The position numbers and the translations under genes were made by a program. From the NCBI GenBank assembly GCA_051362555.1, contig CM120644.1, positions 18,188,534 through 18,252,533 on the forward strand: a DNA stretch of 64,000 nucleotides, given 5' to 3'. This document shows, one piece after another, positions 1 through 11,640 of the stretch (the stretch's first letter is position 1; the number at the start of each line of letters is the position of its first letter). A model generated the notes under the pieces. It was not told the DNA's origin. It made no database searches and saw only the letters and a list, made by a program, of their open reading frames with translations. The stretch is from Lingula anatina. Its lineage: Eukaryota; Animalia; Brachiopoda.

Positions 1-1998
1 ACTAAATATTCCATTTTGAATAACACAAAGTTCAAATCCATTAAAAATCAGCTCTATCCACTTTTTGTATTTTGGCCCAAAATTAAAGAAGTCTAGTGTT
101 TTAAAAAGAAATTTCCATGAAACAGAATCGAATGCCTTTTGAAAATCAACCAATAAAACCATCCCTGGGATATTATTTTCTTCTGTAAACTGCAAAATAT
201 CATAAAGTAGTCTAGTATTCTCACCAATATATCTTCCTGAAATAAATCCTTTTTGGTTTTCGTGTATCAAATCATCTAAGACTGTTTTGATTTTATTTGC
301 TAAGACTCCTGCCAGTATTTTATATGTTATATTAAGCAGGGAAATTGGTCGCCAGTTCCTGAGGTATTCCCTGGGCTTATCCCCTTTGGGTAGTATAGAT
401 ATTATCCCTTGTTTTTGTGATATTGACAGATGACCTATATCAAAGCTATGCAAATAAGACCTGTATAGAAAAAATCTAATGTCATTCCAGAAGAACTTAA
501 AAAATTCAGCTGTAAACCCATCAGGGCCTGGTGACTTATCATTACTCATTTTATGGAGAGATTTATGTATATCATCTAGTGTTATATCTTCATCTAAAGC
601 TTGCCTTTGGTTATCCCTTAATGTTGGAATATTTAAATCTTGAAACATTTCATACAAGTTAACATCGTCTAGATTATCATCCTGTGATCGATATAAATCT
701 TTGTAGAAAGTTTCGATTTCTCCTAATATTAATTTCTGATCATTTATTTCCTGTCCATCTGTGTTTATCAATTTACGTATGTTTTTATTTATATAATTTC
801 TCTTTTCTAAACTACAGAAATATTTTGTTGCCTTTTCTCCATCTTCAATCCATTTTGATCTACTACGTAATAAAAGTCCTTTCAGTTCATTTTTTCTTAT
901 TTCTTCCAGTTGTAATTGTAAATCACTCTTCACTTCCATCAACGTTTCACTATGATCGAAATCTGTTAACTCTTGTATGATTTTTATTTGATTTTCTATA
1001 GATTTTTTAATTTTCGATGATTCTCTTTTCTTTTTAGAACAGTAGGAAATAGTCATACCTCTAATGTTCATTAATAACATTTCTAAAAACATTGCATCAT
1101 CACAAGAAAAACATAATTCCATCTCCGAGATGCTATTAATGGCATCCAAATTATATGGTAGAAGGGCATAATCCTTTTTTGTTTCCTCTATTACTTGTTT
1201 TACCTTTTTGACATATTCCAAATCTTTCAAGACCGAGTTATTAAACCTCCAAAAACCTGCTCCTTTTGTCTGTTCATTTATTTGCACCTCTAATGAAATA
1301 TAAGCATGATCTGTTCTATATCCAGGATTTATCTCTGCCTTTTGTACCAAGTTCATGATCTCTCTAGTTATAAGAAAATAGTCTAATCTTGCTTTTTTGG
1401 TAGGATTTCTCCTAAACCATGTATATCGTTTAGTATTATGATTTTTTATTCTCCATGGATCAACTAGGTTATGTTTACTTTTCAAATCATGCATAGCTTC
1501 TCTGGCCCTGGGATTATTTACATTATCTGAATAGTTAAATGTGTCTAAGTTAACATCTTGAGTCATATTCCAATCTCCGCATATTATATTAAAATCCGTG
1601 TCATAATTCTCTAAATCTGATGCAAGCTTAGAGAAGAAATTTGGAGAGTCACTATTTGGTCCGTAAATATTTACAAGATTCACCTCAAAATTTTTTTCAA
1701 TATTCATTCTTAACGAAATAAAATTACCGATATTATCAGTTTGCACACTTTGTACTTTATATTCTATTTTGTTGTTTAAAAGAACTGCGACACCTCTCGA
1801 GTCAGTCCTACCAGGACTTATAAAACATTCATAGCCCCACTGACTTCTTACATATGCATAATCTTTCTCTGAGAAATGTGTGTCTTGAAGGCAATAAATA
1901 TCAAATTGTTTTTCTCTCAAGAATTTGAACACGTCTTTCCTCTTTTTAACATCCTGGAGGCCTCTACAGTTCATTGACATTATTTTAAGATTATCCAT
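1..1998 (-). CDS. L1/Tx1-type LINE ORF2 (APE endonuclease + reverse transcriptase), runs off the left edge
   Basis: ATG at 1998 translates MDNLKIMSMNCRGLQDVKKRKDVFKFLREKQFDIYCLQDTHF (APE motifs). Near position 1 the same frame reads LVDFQKAFDSVSWKFL..FNFGP (RT motif). No stop in the segments I translated; absence from the ORF track is consistent with no stop inside the window. Confidence 0.93.
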   Translation of the reverse strand, partial: MDNLKIMSMNCRGLQDVKKRKDVFKFLREKQFDIYCLQDTHFSEKDYAYVRSQWGYECFISPGRTDSRGVAVLLNNKIEYKVQSVQTDNIGNFISLRMNIEKNFEVNLVNIYGPNSDSPNFFSKLASDLENYDTDFNIICGDWNMTQDVNLDTFNYSDNVNNPRAREAMHDLKSKHNLVDPWRIKNHNTKRYTWFRRNPTKKARLDYFLITREIMNLVQKAEINPGYRTDHAYISLEVQINEQTKGAGFWRFNNSVLKDLEYVKKVKQVIEETKKDYALLPYNLDAINSISEMELCFSCDDAMFLEMLLMNIRGMTISYCSKKKRESSKIKKSIENQIKIIQELTDFDHSETLMEVKSDLQLQLEEIRKNELKGLLLRSRSKWIEDGEKATKYFCSLEKRNYINKNIRKLINTDGQEINDQKLILGEIETFYKDLYRSQDDNLDDVNLYEMFQDLNIPTLRDNQRQALDEDITLDDIHKSLHKMSNDKSPGPDGFTAEFFKFFWNDIRFFLYRSYLHSFDIGHLSISQKQGIISILPKGDKPREYLRNWRPISLLNITYKILAGVLANKIKTVLDDLIHENQKGFISGRYIGENTRLLYDILQFTEENNIPGMVLLVDFQKAFDSVSWKFLFKTLDFFNFGPKYKKWIELIFNGFELCVIQNGIFS

Positions 1999-2149
1999 TA
2001 TCCATTTTGATAAACAAACATAATATAAATTGCAACATGGATATACATGCATTCACATCTGATGTACTTGTACTATTCCATTTATACAACTCACTTAAAA
2101 CATGCACTCCCACACATACCCACGCACACCACGAATATGTAAACCACAT

Positions 2150-2975
2150 TGTAGCCACTTGCAATACTCACACACAACAACAACAGCTTTGCGTCGTTTT
2201 TACTGATTTATTAAACCTTAAACCGTCAACTGAAAAGAATAATTGGAATAAAATATGAAAATCATCTCATATTCTTGCCCTAGTTCTTTTATATAATGCT
2301 ATTAAGTCACTTAAATAACATCTTTACTTAACAGTTGCATGTTATCCTATCTTTATCTCCAAAATATAAGTAACTCTTACCGACTTTGGGCTATTCTAGT
2401 GTAATGCAAGCGACTGGGTTCTAAATGATTGTGTAGTAAATCTCATCTGGCGCAACTAACACAATGAAAAAATACGCTTTTAAAAATAACATTGATTACG
2501 AACATAAAACAAACAATCTTTAACTCGCAACTAGTACAGCTACATTCTCGTTTCTAAACAATACACTACACTTTACTGAACTTTCTTTACTCCAATACTG
2601 AAAGGCACAGTGACTGTGTTACATGTACTGTGCATTGTACATCAGACCGGCATTTCTAACGCTACTCAAAGTTGCAGTTTACAATGGAAAACTAATTTTA
2701 TCTTCTCGCAATTATCTTTAAATGAACTTTCATAACTTAAAATTAATTGCTAACCTTATGGGCCAGATTCCTGTTACAAAAACACTTGTAATTACGGCTG
2801 TCTCAGCATTTAATATCAGCCGATCTCATTCCACATGGAATCACATTCTATCCCATCATTATCATAAGCGCGCTAAAAACAATTGTTACTCAACACCGAT
2901 GCGACAAACAAGTAAGTAGCGCGTCCAAAGTAAAGAAATAAGATTTATCTATAAAACACTGCTCTGGCAGTAACA
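2150..2975 (-). repeat. 3' LTR of BEL/Pao element
   Basis: Direct repeat of 9119-9944 (TGTAGCC...GTAACA on +); identical 65-aa spurious ORF in both copies. Confidence 0.97.
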
Positions 2976-3176
2976 CTCCCCAGCCAAAATCTAATTGATT
3001 TTCTATACAAACAAACAAAAACTAACTTACACATGAAACAATGTAACTGGTAAACTGTAACTATTAACTCACTATACAATAGCTTTGGTACTCCCAAATA
3101 CCATTAGATCTTCACTTATAAGTTCTTGAACATCATGTATCACTAAACCATACTCGAACCTTATTCTATGGAAAAC

Positions 3177-6100
3177 TTACAACTTATCCCCTTCTAACAA
3201 CAAAACTAGTTTATGGATTGGACGTTCTAATATAGTAGACGTAGAGGAGGGGATGCCTTTGGCAGAAAGATCAGGATTCCCCAAAAGAATCTTCACTCTG
3301 CGAACTAATCCATCCTCATCTATGCTCGCCTCTGTCACTCTGGCAAGTCGCCAGTCTCCTCTGTATAATCCTTCATCTTTGAGCAAAACAATGTCTCCCA
3401 CTCCTAGGTTTCTTCGTTTCCCATTCCACTTTGTTCGTTGTTGCAGATTAAGAAGGCATTCCTTCCTCCAGCGACTCCAGAAATTATCCGCTAACACTTG
3501 TACTTGGCGCCATCTTTGCCTTGCATACAGGTGCTCAGGTCCAAACTCTCCCAATGGCAATATTACCTTTGGCTTCATTGTCAACAAATGGTTCGCAGTA
3601 AGTGATTCTGGACCAAGTGGATCATGTAGGTTCTGTACGGTCAAAGGTCGACAGTTAATAATGGCCATGACTTCATATAGGAAGGTTCTTAAGGTGGTTG
3701 TGTCAATACGAGAACCATGTTGCTCCAACATTGCTGCTAGTATACTTCTGATGGTTCTAATGTGTCGCTCCCACACACCTCCCATATGGCTTGAGTGTGG
3801 GCTGTTAAACACAAAATCACACTTGTTCTCAATCATAAATTTCTTCAACTCGTCATTTTTGACCTCTTCTAGTGATTTATCTAAAAGCACTCTTGCTCCG
3901 ATAAAATTTGATCCCTGATCACATCTGATTTGCCGTATGGGACCCCTCAAAGCTATCACACATCTTAAAGCATTTATGAAACTATCTGTCGTCATGTCAT
4001 CCAGGCATTCAATGTGTACTGCTCTCGACGCCATGCAGGTCACTATCAATCCATATCGCTTAACTTCACGGCAACCTTCTTTCACAGAGAAGGGGCCAAA
4101 GCAATCAATGCCGCAGTAACTGAATGGGGGTGAAGGTTCTGTTCGATCCCTTGGTAAATCTGACATCCTCTGTTCTCCACTTTTGCCCCTGTTTTTTCTA
4201 CAGGTTACGCATCTGTGTATTGCAGAAGCAGCCGTCTTGCCTATACCAATGATATAGTACCCTTGGCAACGTATCTCATTCAGAGTAAAACCTCTTCCCT
4301 GGTGGGCTACCTTCTGATGGCAATGACGCACAATTAGGTCTACAATATGTCCTGACTTTGGCAAAATTACAGGGTGTTGTACTTCGTAAGACAGTGAGGA
4401 TCGTGTCAGACGTCCTCCCACTCGCAGGGTTCCTTCTTCGTCAATATAAGGATCCAGCTTGGAGAGAGGGTTTTTCCTCGGAAGCGATCCATCTTTGATT
4501 TGCCTAATTTCGTCTTGGAACCGTTCAGCCTGAAGCAGCTTAAGAATAGTAAGTTCTGCCTTTCGTCTGTCAGCAGACAATGATGAACCCATTTTGAGTA
4601 GACGTTTTCTAATGGTAGTCACTGCTGTAATGGCATTGGTCCAGGATGAAAATCTATTGAACTTCTGTGTAAATGTTCCTGCCTTTTCTGTAGTCTCCAC
4701 TGCATTTACTGTTGCTTTCTTCAACTCTGGATCATTTGGATCAACCTCTGGATTTTCTTCTACCATGCTTAGAACTGGGTTTCTCAGGAATTCTGGGCCT
4801 TTAAACCAATTTGATGCCATCAGTTCCTCTGGATACAGCCCTCTAGAAGCATGGTCGGCCGGGTTATCATTGGTTGGCACGTAGTGCCACTGACTAGGGT
4901 CAGAAGCATTTTGAATCGTCTGAATCCTGTTGGCTACGAAGACATGAAATCTTCTTACATTGTTCTTCAAATATCCTAGCACTATCTTGGAGTCTGTCCA
5001 GAAATACTCCTTGAGGTTTTCATAGGTTATTTCAGACTTCAGCAGAGTACTCATCTTGGTCGACATTGTGGCTGCTGTAAGCTCTAATCTCGGAATTGTA
5101 GTAATCTTGAGTGGCGCGACTCGAGATTTGCCCAACATGATACAGCAGTGGCACTCGTTTTTGTTATTCACTACTCGAAGGTAGGAGCATTGGCCATATC
5201 CTCTGGTACTTGCGTCCGAAAAGTGGTGTATCTCTGCTGTGACAATTTTTCCAAAGTCTTGGGGAATATAGCATCTTGATAAATGAATTTCCGCTAGCTT
5301 TGGCAATTCACGCAGCCATTTCTCCCATCTTGGTCTGAGTTCTTCTGATATTGGATCATCCCAGCTGGCTTTGGACGCACACATCTCCTGCAGTATCTGT
5401 TTGCCTAATAGGATAAATGGTGCTATACAACCCAGGGGATCATAGACAGAGGCAACAGTCGAAAGAATTCCTCTTCTAGTCATCGGTCTTTCATTCAGTG
5501 TTAACTGAAAGCTGAGCTGGTCGCTATGGGTATCCCACTGAATTCCCAATACTCTCTCTGTGGCAGGTAAAGGCAAATCAACAGTGGTGCTCTGTGTCCC
5601 TCTTTCTGATACGAGAATACTCTCCAAAACTTCTTGGTTGTTGCTAATAAACTTGTGAAGTCTTATATTTGCTTTCTGAAATAGCTGACGTACGCCTTCA
5701 ATAAGCTGCTTTGCCTCCTCAGCAGAATCAATGCTTAATAACAAGTCGTCTACGTAAAGGCAATTACCAGCTACCCAGCAAACCTTCTCATCAAATTCTT
5801 CTCCATGGTCTTCAACCAGTTGTTTCAAAGCAAAGTTAGCACACGCAGGGGAACTGGCAGCTCCAAACAGGTGAACTGTCATCCTAAATAGCTTAGGTGT
5901 GCCTTCTAGGTCTCCATCCCACCACAGGAACTGGAAGTAGTTACGATCTCGTGGGTCTACCTTGAACCGATAAAACATTCGTTCTATGTCTCCTACAACG
6001 GCTACTGATCCCTCTCTGAATCTCAGGAGACATCCTATCAGACTGTTGGTGAGGTCTGGACCTGAGATGAGGTTCTCATTCAGGTTAATGTTCTTATATC

Positions 6101-8498
6101 TCGCTGCGCAGTCAAATACTACCCTGAGCTTTCCTTTACGTTTATGGTAAACTCCATGGTGCGGCACGACCCATCTGTGTCCTCCAGCTACATCTTTGTC
6201 TGGAACAGGTTCAGCTTCTCCGCTTTCTATCATCGCGTCCATGAACTTCTTATATTCGGCGGCAAATTCTTTGTCTGCAAATTTCTTTCTCAGATGCTCA
6301 AGTCTTCTCATGGCCATGGGCATGTTGTCAGGCAACTGTGGGGCATCAGTTCTAAATGGTAGAGGCATGGTATAGAAATTGTCTTGGTCTTGATAGATTG
6401 TGTCTTTCATCTTCCTTAAGAACTTCAAGTCATCCTGGGACAAGGAATCTTCTGACTTGTGCTCATCCCTGAAGTCCGCTTCCAGTAACTGAATTATCTC
6501 TGGCTCAGTTACTGTCTCTTTAACCTTTGTTCTGTGGACAAAAGTCACTTCTCCTCTATCATCGACTCTCAAATCCTTTTGTATTTCTTTCCTCATCACT
6601 CTGTGACTGAGGTGATATTCATCTGTGTCATATCGTCCGGTCCTTCCCACGACGCTCCATCCCAGGGGTGTCTGTATTCCATAGGGTTCCTCGTTTGCTC
6701 CTACTCTGACACTAAGGGGTACCAATGCACGAGAGCAGTTGTAACCTATAAGTAAACCTGCATCGCAATTCTGGAGCGGTGCAATTTGGCTCTGTATATT
6801 TTGCAGGTGATTCCATCTTCTCGCATCCGATGGTCTAGGTACATGTTTCTTGTTGAATGGTATGTTTTCTCTTGTATAACAGGTTGGTAGTGCTATAGTT
6901 TCTGTTAAGTTAAGACCTCTTACAGTCAATCCTGGAACCTTTGAAGTTTTGACTACATAGCTGGAGTTGACTGTTGAAATCCTGATACTTGTAGGTACGC
7001 TTTCTGCATTCAGCTTGGCTGCTAACTCGTCGCTAATGAACGTAACATCACTTTGACTATCTAGAAGAGCATATGTCAGGATTTCATTCCCGGAATTTCC
7101 TACAGATACATAGACTGGAATTGTCATTGAACTGATAGCTCCCTCTTGGCAAGTACTTGACAATGTTCTTACATGTTGATCTTCTGGGTGTAGGGCTTCG
7201 TAGTCCCCATGTAGTATGGCAGGGTGTTTACGACCACATCTACTGCATTGTTCCTTCCTTTTACACTCCTTGGCTAAGTGACCGTTTCTAAGGCAGCTTA
7301 GGCAAAGACCTCTTTTCTTTATAAACTCCATTCTTTCTTGTGGCGTTTTTCTTTCGAAGTTTCGGCATTCTCTGATGTCGTGTCCTATTTTCTCACAGAA
7401 TGTACAGGCATTTTTCGTGACAGGAGGCGTTGGTATAGCTTGATCGCTCGTTTTCGTCATAAGGCTGGTGGAAGTGGGGGTTTTCTTGCTAAATGCAGTT
7501 TCAGCTGGTCTCATAACAGGGTTATTTACAATGTCGGATTCCTTTTTTACAAACTCTACAAACCTCTTGAAGCCTGGGAAACCTTGTGATTCTTCGACAA
7601 TTCGGGCCCATCTTCGTGTGATCCATTCAGGTAGTTTCTGAAGTAACTTCCTATTTTCCCGACAGTCGTCCAGGATCTTCAACTCTCCTACATGATCTGT
7701 TGCTGCTAAACACTGCCTGAGAAAATCTGATAGTTTTCTAAGTCCCTTACTGTCTCTACTGTTAATCTTGGGCCACTTTTCTAATTTGTCTCTGAAAGCC
7801 TCTGCTATCAAAAATTTATCACCATATCTATCTTCAAGTATCTCAAGGGCTTCAATGTAAGCCTCTTCTGAATCTAAGTAAAACAAATGATCCACTGTCT
7901 CTTTAGCTTCTCCTCCGAGGTACCTCTTTAGGTAGTACAGCCTCTCACTGGGTGGGATATTTCTGCTTTCTATTAGAGTCTTGAATGCTAGTCGCCATGT
8001 TACATATGTTAGATGATTTCCCTCAAATACAGGTGGTTCTGGAATCGGTAATCTACTCAGGCTCAACTTCTCTAAGGCCCTCACAACATCATGGCTATAG
8101 CCGCTGTCTGACTCCTTCTTAGTAGTATCTTCACCTCCCAATGCTTTCCTAAAGATTTCTTCCCTTTTCTTGCTTTCATTCAGTTCTGATTCTAACAAGA
8201 GCCGCTTTCTTCTCTGCTCTAAACGTATCTGTTGCTCTTCTATTTCTTGCTGTGCTGTAAGGTACTTCAGCCTTTCCTTCAAAGCAACCTGTCTAGCTTC
8301 TTCTTCTAACTGTCGCTCCTTAAAAGATACGTTTGAGCCGGCTTGACTGACAGAGTCATCTGGATCTAATTCCTCAATTAGTCTTCTTCTCAAATCATCT
8401 TTAGGCGATATGTTTCTGAATGTTACTTCTTGGTCAGTTGGTGTCTGAAAAAGAACTGTCCTAGTGCTGGGAATCTTGGTAATGGTAGCTGCATCCAT
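3177..8498 (-). CDS. BEL/Pao Gag-Pol polyprotein (~1773 aa)
   Basis: First ATG at 8498 (MDAAT). Gag region FEGNHLTYVTWRLAF; three Cys/His knuckles; protease ALLDSQS; RT YVDD; RNase H HFSDAS...WTDS; integrase H..H/CVTC, DCFGP, DQGSNF, WER. Domain order PR-RT-RH-IN. Confidence 0.96.
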   Translation of the reverse strand: MDAATITKIPSTRTVLFQTPTDQEVTFRNISPKDDLRRRLIEELDPDDSVSQAGSNVSFKERQLEEEARQVALKERLKYLTAQQEIEEQQIRLEQRRKRLLLESELNESKKREEIFRKALGGEDTTKKESDSGYSHDVVRALEKLSLSRLPIPEPPVFEGNHLTYVTWRLAFKTLIESRNIPPSERLYYLKRYLGGEAKETVDHLFYLDSEEAYIEALEILEDRYGDKFLIAEAFRDKLEKWPKINSRDSKGLRKLSDFLRQCLAATDHVGELKILDDCRENRKLLQKLPEWITRRWARIVEESQGFPGFKRFVEFVKKESDIVNNPVMRPAETAFSKKTPTSTSLMTKTSDQAIPTPPVTKNACTFCEKIGHDIRECRNFERKTPQERMEFIKKRGLCLSCLRNGHLAKECKRKEQCSRCGRKHPAILHGDYEALHPEDQHVRTLSSTCQEGAISSMTIPVYVSVGNSGNEILTYALLDSQSDVTFISDELAAKLNAESVPTSIRISTVNSSYVVKTSKVPGLTVRGLNLTETIALPTCYTRENIPFNKKHVPRPSDARRWNHLQNIQSQIAPLQNCDAGLLIGYNCSRALVPLSVRVGANEEPYGIQTPLGWSVVGRTGRYDTDEYHLSHRVMRKEIQKDLRVDDRGEVTFVHRTKVKETVTEPEIIQLLEADFRDEHKSEDSLSQDDLKFLRKMKDTIYQDQDNFYTMPLPFRTDAPQLPDNMPMAMRRLEHLRKKFADKEFAAEYKKFMDAMIESGEAEPVPDKDVAGGHRWVVPHHGVYHKRKGKLRVVFDCAARYKNINLNENLISGPDLTNSLIGCLLRFREGSVAVVGDIERMFYRFKVDPRDRNYFQFLWWDGDLEGTPKLFRMTVHLFGAASSPACANFALKQLVEDHGEEFDEKVCWVAGNCLYVDDLLLSIDSAEEAKQLIEGVRQLFQKANIRLHKFISNNQEVLESILVSERGTQSTTVDLPLPATERVLGIQWDTHSDQLSFQLTLNERPMTRRGILSTVASVYDPLGCIAPFILLGKQILQEMCASKASWDDPISEELRPRWEKWLRELPKLAEIHLSRCYIPQDFGKIVTAEIHHFSDASTRGYGQCSYLRVVNNKNECHCCIMLGKSRVAPLKITTIPRLELTAATMSTKMSTLLKSEITYENLKEYFWTDSKIVLGYLKNNVRRFHVFVANRIQTIQNASDPSQWHYVPTNDNPADHASRGLYPEELMASNWFKGPEFLRNPVLSMVEENPEVDPNDPELKKATVNAVETTEKAGTFTQKFNRFSSWTNAITAVTTIRKRLLKMGSSLSADRRKAELTILKLLQAERFQDEIRQIKDGSLPRKNPLSKLDPYIDEEGTLRVGGRLTRSSLSYEVQHPVILPKSGHIVDLIVRHCHQKVAHQGRGFTLNEIRCQGYYIIGIGKTAASAIHRCVTCRKNRGKSGEQRMSDLPRDRTEPSPPFSYCGIDCFGPFSVKEGCREVKRYGLIVTCMASRAVHIECLDDMTTDSFINALRCVIALRGPIRQIRCDQGSNFIGARVLLDKSLEEVKNDELKKFMIENKCDFVFNSPHSSHMGGVWERHIRTIRSILAAMLEQHGSRIDTTTLRTFLYEVMAIINCRPLTVQNLHDPLGPESLTANHLLTMKPKVILPLGEFGPEHLYARQRWRQVQVLADNFWSRWRKECLLNLQQRTKWNGKRRNLGVGDIVLLKDEGLYRGDWRLARVTEASIDEDGLVRRVKILLGNPDLSAKGIPSSTSTILERPIHKLVLLLEGDKL

Positions 8499-9118
8499 TT
8501 TTAATGTCAAGCAGTGAGCACGTATTCTTAGAAAGGAGGGGGGGGGGGGGGGCAGGTGGTATGGGCAGCGTAACTTATTTGAATTCAAATAAACTTATCT
8601 ACACTAAACAAGACAAGTAAATTTCAAAATGTAGACAGTTTCTCTATAAGTAATAAGCTAGCTAAAACATTTGAACATCAACAGCAAACATGTCAAATTG
8701 CCGAGTATCTTAATCTTAACAAACAAATAAATTAATAATCATATGTATATTTCGATAGCCAATAATATATTCAGCTACACTGAGGTCTACTAGTATTTAT
8801 AGTTATCTGTGGATATGAAATCAAGTGTCAACATATACTCGAGAAAGTCTCAATTTCAGCTTTATCGCAAGCTGCGGATTGGATCTTAGCTCAATTTCCT
8901 TAATTACAGTCCCACCAGTAACTGCTAGTACTTGACTGGGCCGGGTCATCTAAATAATGGCTGTTGACTGGCTCCAGGCATCTCAGATATCTAGAGTTAC
9001 CACAGGTTGTAAGTAGGTCATAAATTCTGTCTTCTTGGTTCGGTTGTTCGGTACGGGCCGTCTCAGGGCTTTAGTTGTGGACTATTGGCATGGGCCATCT
9101 CAAATCCTAGTCGTTGAC

Positions 9119-9944
9119 TGTAGCCACTTGCAATACTCACACACAACAACAACAGCTTTGCGTCGTTTTTACTGATTTATTAAACCTTAAACCGTCAACT
9201 GAAAAGAATAATTGGAATAAAATATGAAAATCATCTCATATTCTTGCCCTAGTTCTTTTATATAATGCTATTAAGTCACTTAAATAACATCTTTACTTAA
9301 CAGTTGCATGTTATCCTATCTTTATCTCCAAAATATAAGTAACTCTTACCGACTTTGGGCTATTCTAGTGTAATGCAAGCGACTGGGTTCTAAATGATTG
9401 TGTAGTAAATCTCATCTGGCGCAACTAACACAATGAAAAAATACGCTTTTAAAAATAACATTGATTACGAACATAAAACAAACAATCTTTAACTCGCAAC
9501 TAGTACAGCTACATTCTCGTTTCTAAACAATACACTACACTTTACTGAACTTTCTTTACTCCAATACTGAAAGGCACAGTGACTGTGTTACATGTACTGT
9601 GCATTGTACATCAGACCGGCATTTCTAACGCTACTCAAAGTTGCAGTTTACAATGGAAAACTAATTTTATCTTCTCGCAATTATCTTTAAATGAACTTTC
9701 ATAACTTAAAATTAATTGCTAACCTTATGGGCCAGATTCCTGTTACAAAAACACTTGTAATTACGGCTGTCTCAGCATTTAATATCAGCCGATCTCATTC
9801 CACATGGAATCACATTCTATCCCATCATTATCATAAGCGCGCTAAAAACAATTGTTACTCAACACCGATGCGACAAACAAGTAAGTAGCGCGTCCAAAGT
9901 AAAGAAATAAGATTTATCTATAAAACACTGCTCTGGCAGTAACA
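9119..9944 (-). repeat. 5' LTR of BEL/Pao element
   Basis: Direct repeat of 2150-2975; no differences noticed by eye. Confidence 0.97.
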
Positions 9945-10389
9945 CACATAAGTGAAATTATTTAACCGATAGACGTTCAAATATGCAGTATGTTCACATT
10001 ATTCATAACAGAATATATAAATCTACACAGATCCTACATGACAGTGAATAATACAAATGAAATACTTTTTTCCGTAAAATCAATGCCATTTTTTTAGCCG
10101 CTTGTAACATTAGAGAAATCTTTTTTTGTAAAATAATAACACAGCTTGACTCACCTCATCTCAGTAGTGTGAATGATGAGCTAAACTGTACATACCACTG
10201 AACATTTTCTCCCTAGTCGAAGAATCTTAGTAAAGAAGACTGAATATATACCTTAAAACATTAATAATAGAAATAAGTAAGACAGATGGTAATAATTCTT
10301 AACATATATCTATATGCAGTCACATTCATGCTAATTTTGCTAAGCAGTTTGCTTATGAGTTATTGTTCATATTATTTTTAATTGGTCCT

Positions 10390-11337
10390 TTAACTTTTTC
10401 TTAGTTTAAGTTTTTCATCCAAGTTATCACAAATGTCAATTTTCATCCTGTGACCATTTCCATTTTTCAGCTGACAGAAAACATTACAATTAAAAAACCA
10501 GGCTCTTTCTACCTCCTCATACTGTTTGAGCTTGTTTAGGAGAGTCAAGTTTTTCAAGGTTATATCGTCAAACAGGCGCACACCAGACTGCAGTTCTTTC
10601 TTTTTCCTCATGATTGTTTTTTTAATCTCAGTGTTTTTTAGTTTTACAATCACTGGTTTCGCCTACCCCTGTTTGCCAGGTATACGGTGGATTGCTGTGA
10701 TGTCCGTGGTAGGGATTTCAAGCTTCACCTCCTTTTTCAATAAGTTGGTAAACACCACACGGAGATTTTCATCCTTCTGTTCTGGCAAATTGATCACCCG
10801 TATGTTTGTTTTTCTGGAGTATTGTTCATTATGATTACTGAGGCAAACGGCTTCTTTTGTAAAGTATTCATTTTGTTTAAGTCTTTCATTTAGATCTTTT
10901 GTCTCTCTATCTTTACCTCTTAGAACCTCTTTCAAATTATTGTTTTCCATCATGAGGCTATCAACCTGCTCTTGTAATTTTGCAGAGCGGTTTTCAGTCT
11001 CTACTTTCAGTTCCTCAACTTTTTGTTGAAACTTTGCTTCTAAATCAGACAACATGTGTTTTATTTCTGCTTGGAAGTTGTGAAGAAGCTTGTTCATTAC
11101 ACTAGAGACTGTTTTTTCCAGATCATCTTTTTTAATGGTTTCCTGAATTTCGCTTTTTATTTCAGATAGTTCATTCATTAGTAACTGTATTTCATCGGAG
11201 CTTGAATTAGCCACCTCAGAATGTGGTCTTTTTGGCTTTCCACCTGTTGTGTGTGATTTATTGTTTGCTTTCTCGCTGTCACATGTGAGGAACCTTGACA
11301 TTGTTCTATTTTCTGCTTTACTATGCTTAGATGCCAT
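10390..11337 (-). pseudogene. L1/Tx1 ORF1 (coiled-coil + RRM-like) with one in-frame premature stop
   Basis: Track ORFs 10663-11337 and 10390-10653 are in the same frame: ...EQYSRKTNIRVINLPE...HRIPGKQG*AKPVIVKL...; TAG at 10663-10665. Confidence 0.87.
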
Positions 11338-11351
11338 AGCCTTCTCACACC

Positions 11352-11640
11352 ATTTTCTACAAAATATCTATTTTCTCTCTAACTGTTTTAAATCCATAAC
11401 TGAGGTGTCACTCCATGTGTAGCCAGGTGTGTTACCTAATTACCACACAACTCACGAAACAATCGGTGCATGCATTTGCATGTTCTGTGGTCAGAAATGT
11501 GAGGGGTGGTATTTTCGGCAATTTTTGCCCTTGTATAAAACGCATGGGTTTAGTCAAACTTTGGAGTGTAGGGATCGCTTTGAAACTTGACAAGTACCTT
11601 AGAGAAGATATGATTCGACAGCTAAGCAACGCTGACATAG
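11352..11640. mobile_element. Fragment of a Tc1/mariner-like element related to 51382-52226, missing its first ~40 bp
   Basis: Clear similarity to ~51424-51720 (attttctacaaaata...ctgaggtgtcact...tgtagccagg...tgcccttgtataaaa...ctaagcaac). Confidence 0.7.

Larger units (their letters stand above)
2150..9944 (-). mobile_element. Full-length BEL/Pao LTR retrotransposon
   Basis: Two 826-bp TG...CA LTRs; 5-bp target duplication CACAT (2145-2149, 9945-9949); PPT-like TGGGGAG next to the 3' LTR; single gag-pol ORF. Confidence 0.97.
1..11351 (-). mobile_element. L1/Tx1-clade non-LTR retrotransposon (ORF1, ~0.6-kb spacer, ORF2) interrupted by the BEL element
   Basis: ORF1 (10390-11337) and ORF2 (1998 leftward) are colinear on the minus strand once 2150-9944 is removed. 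Confidence 0.88.

Noticed and set aside
2722-2919. Duplicated 65-aa ORF (also 9691-9888)
   Set aside because: Simply LTR sequence present twice.
3253-7589. Plus-strand ORFs overlapping the BEL polyprotein
   Set aside because: Antisense shadows with no recognisable motifs.
8499-8588. N-terminal extension of the BEL ORF with poly-Pro
   Set aside because: Starts at a non-ATG codon and spans a G homopolymer; the first ATG is at 8498.
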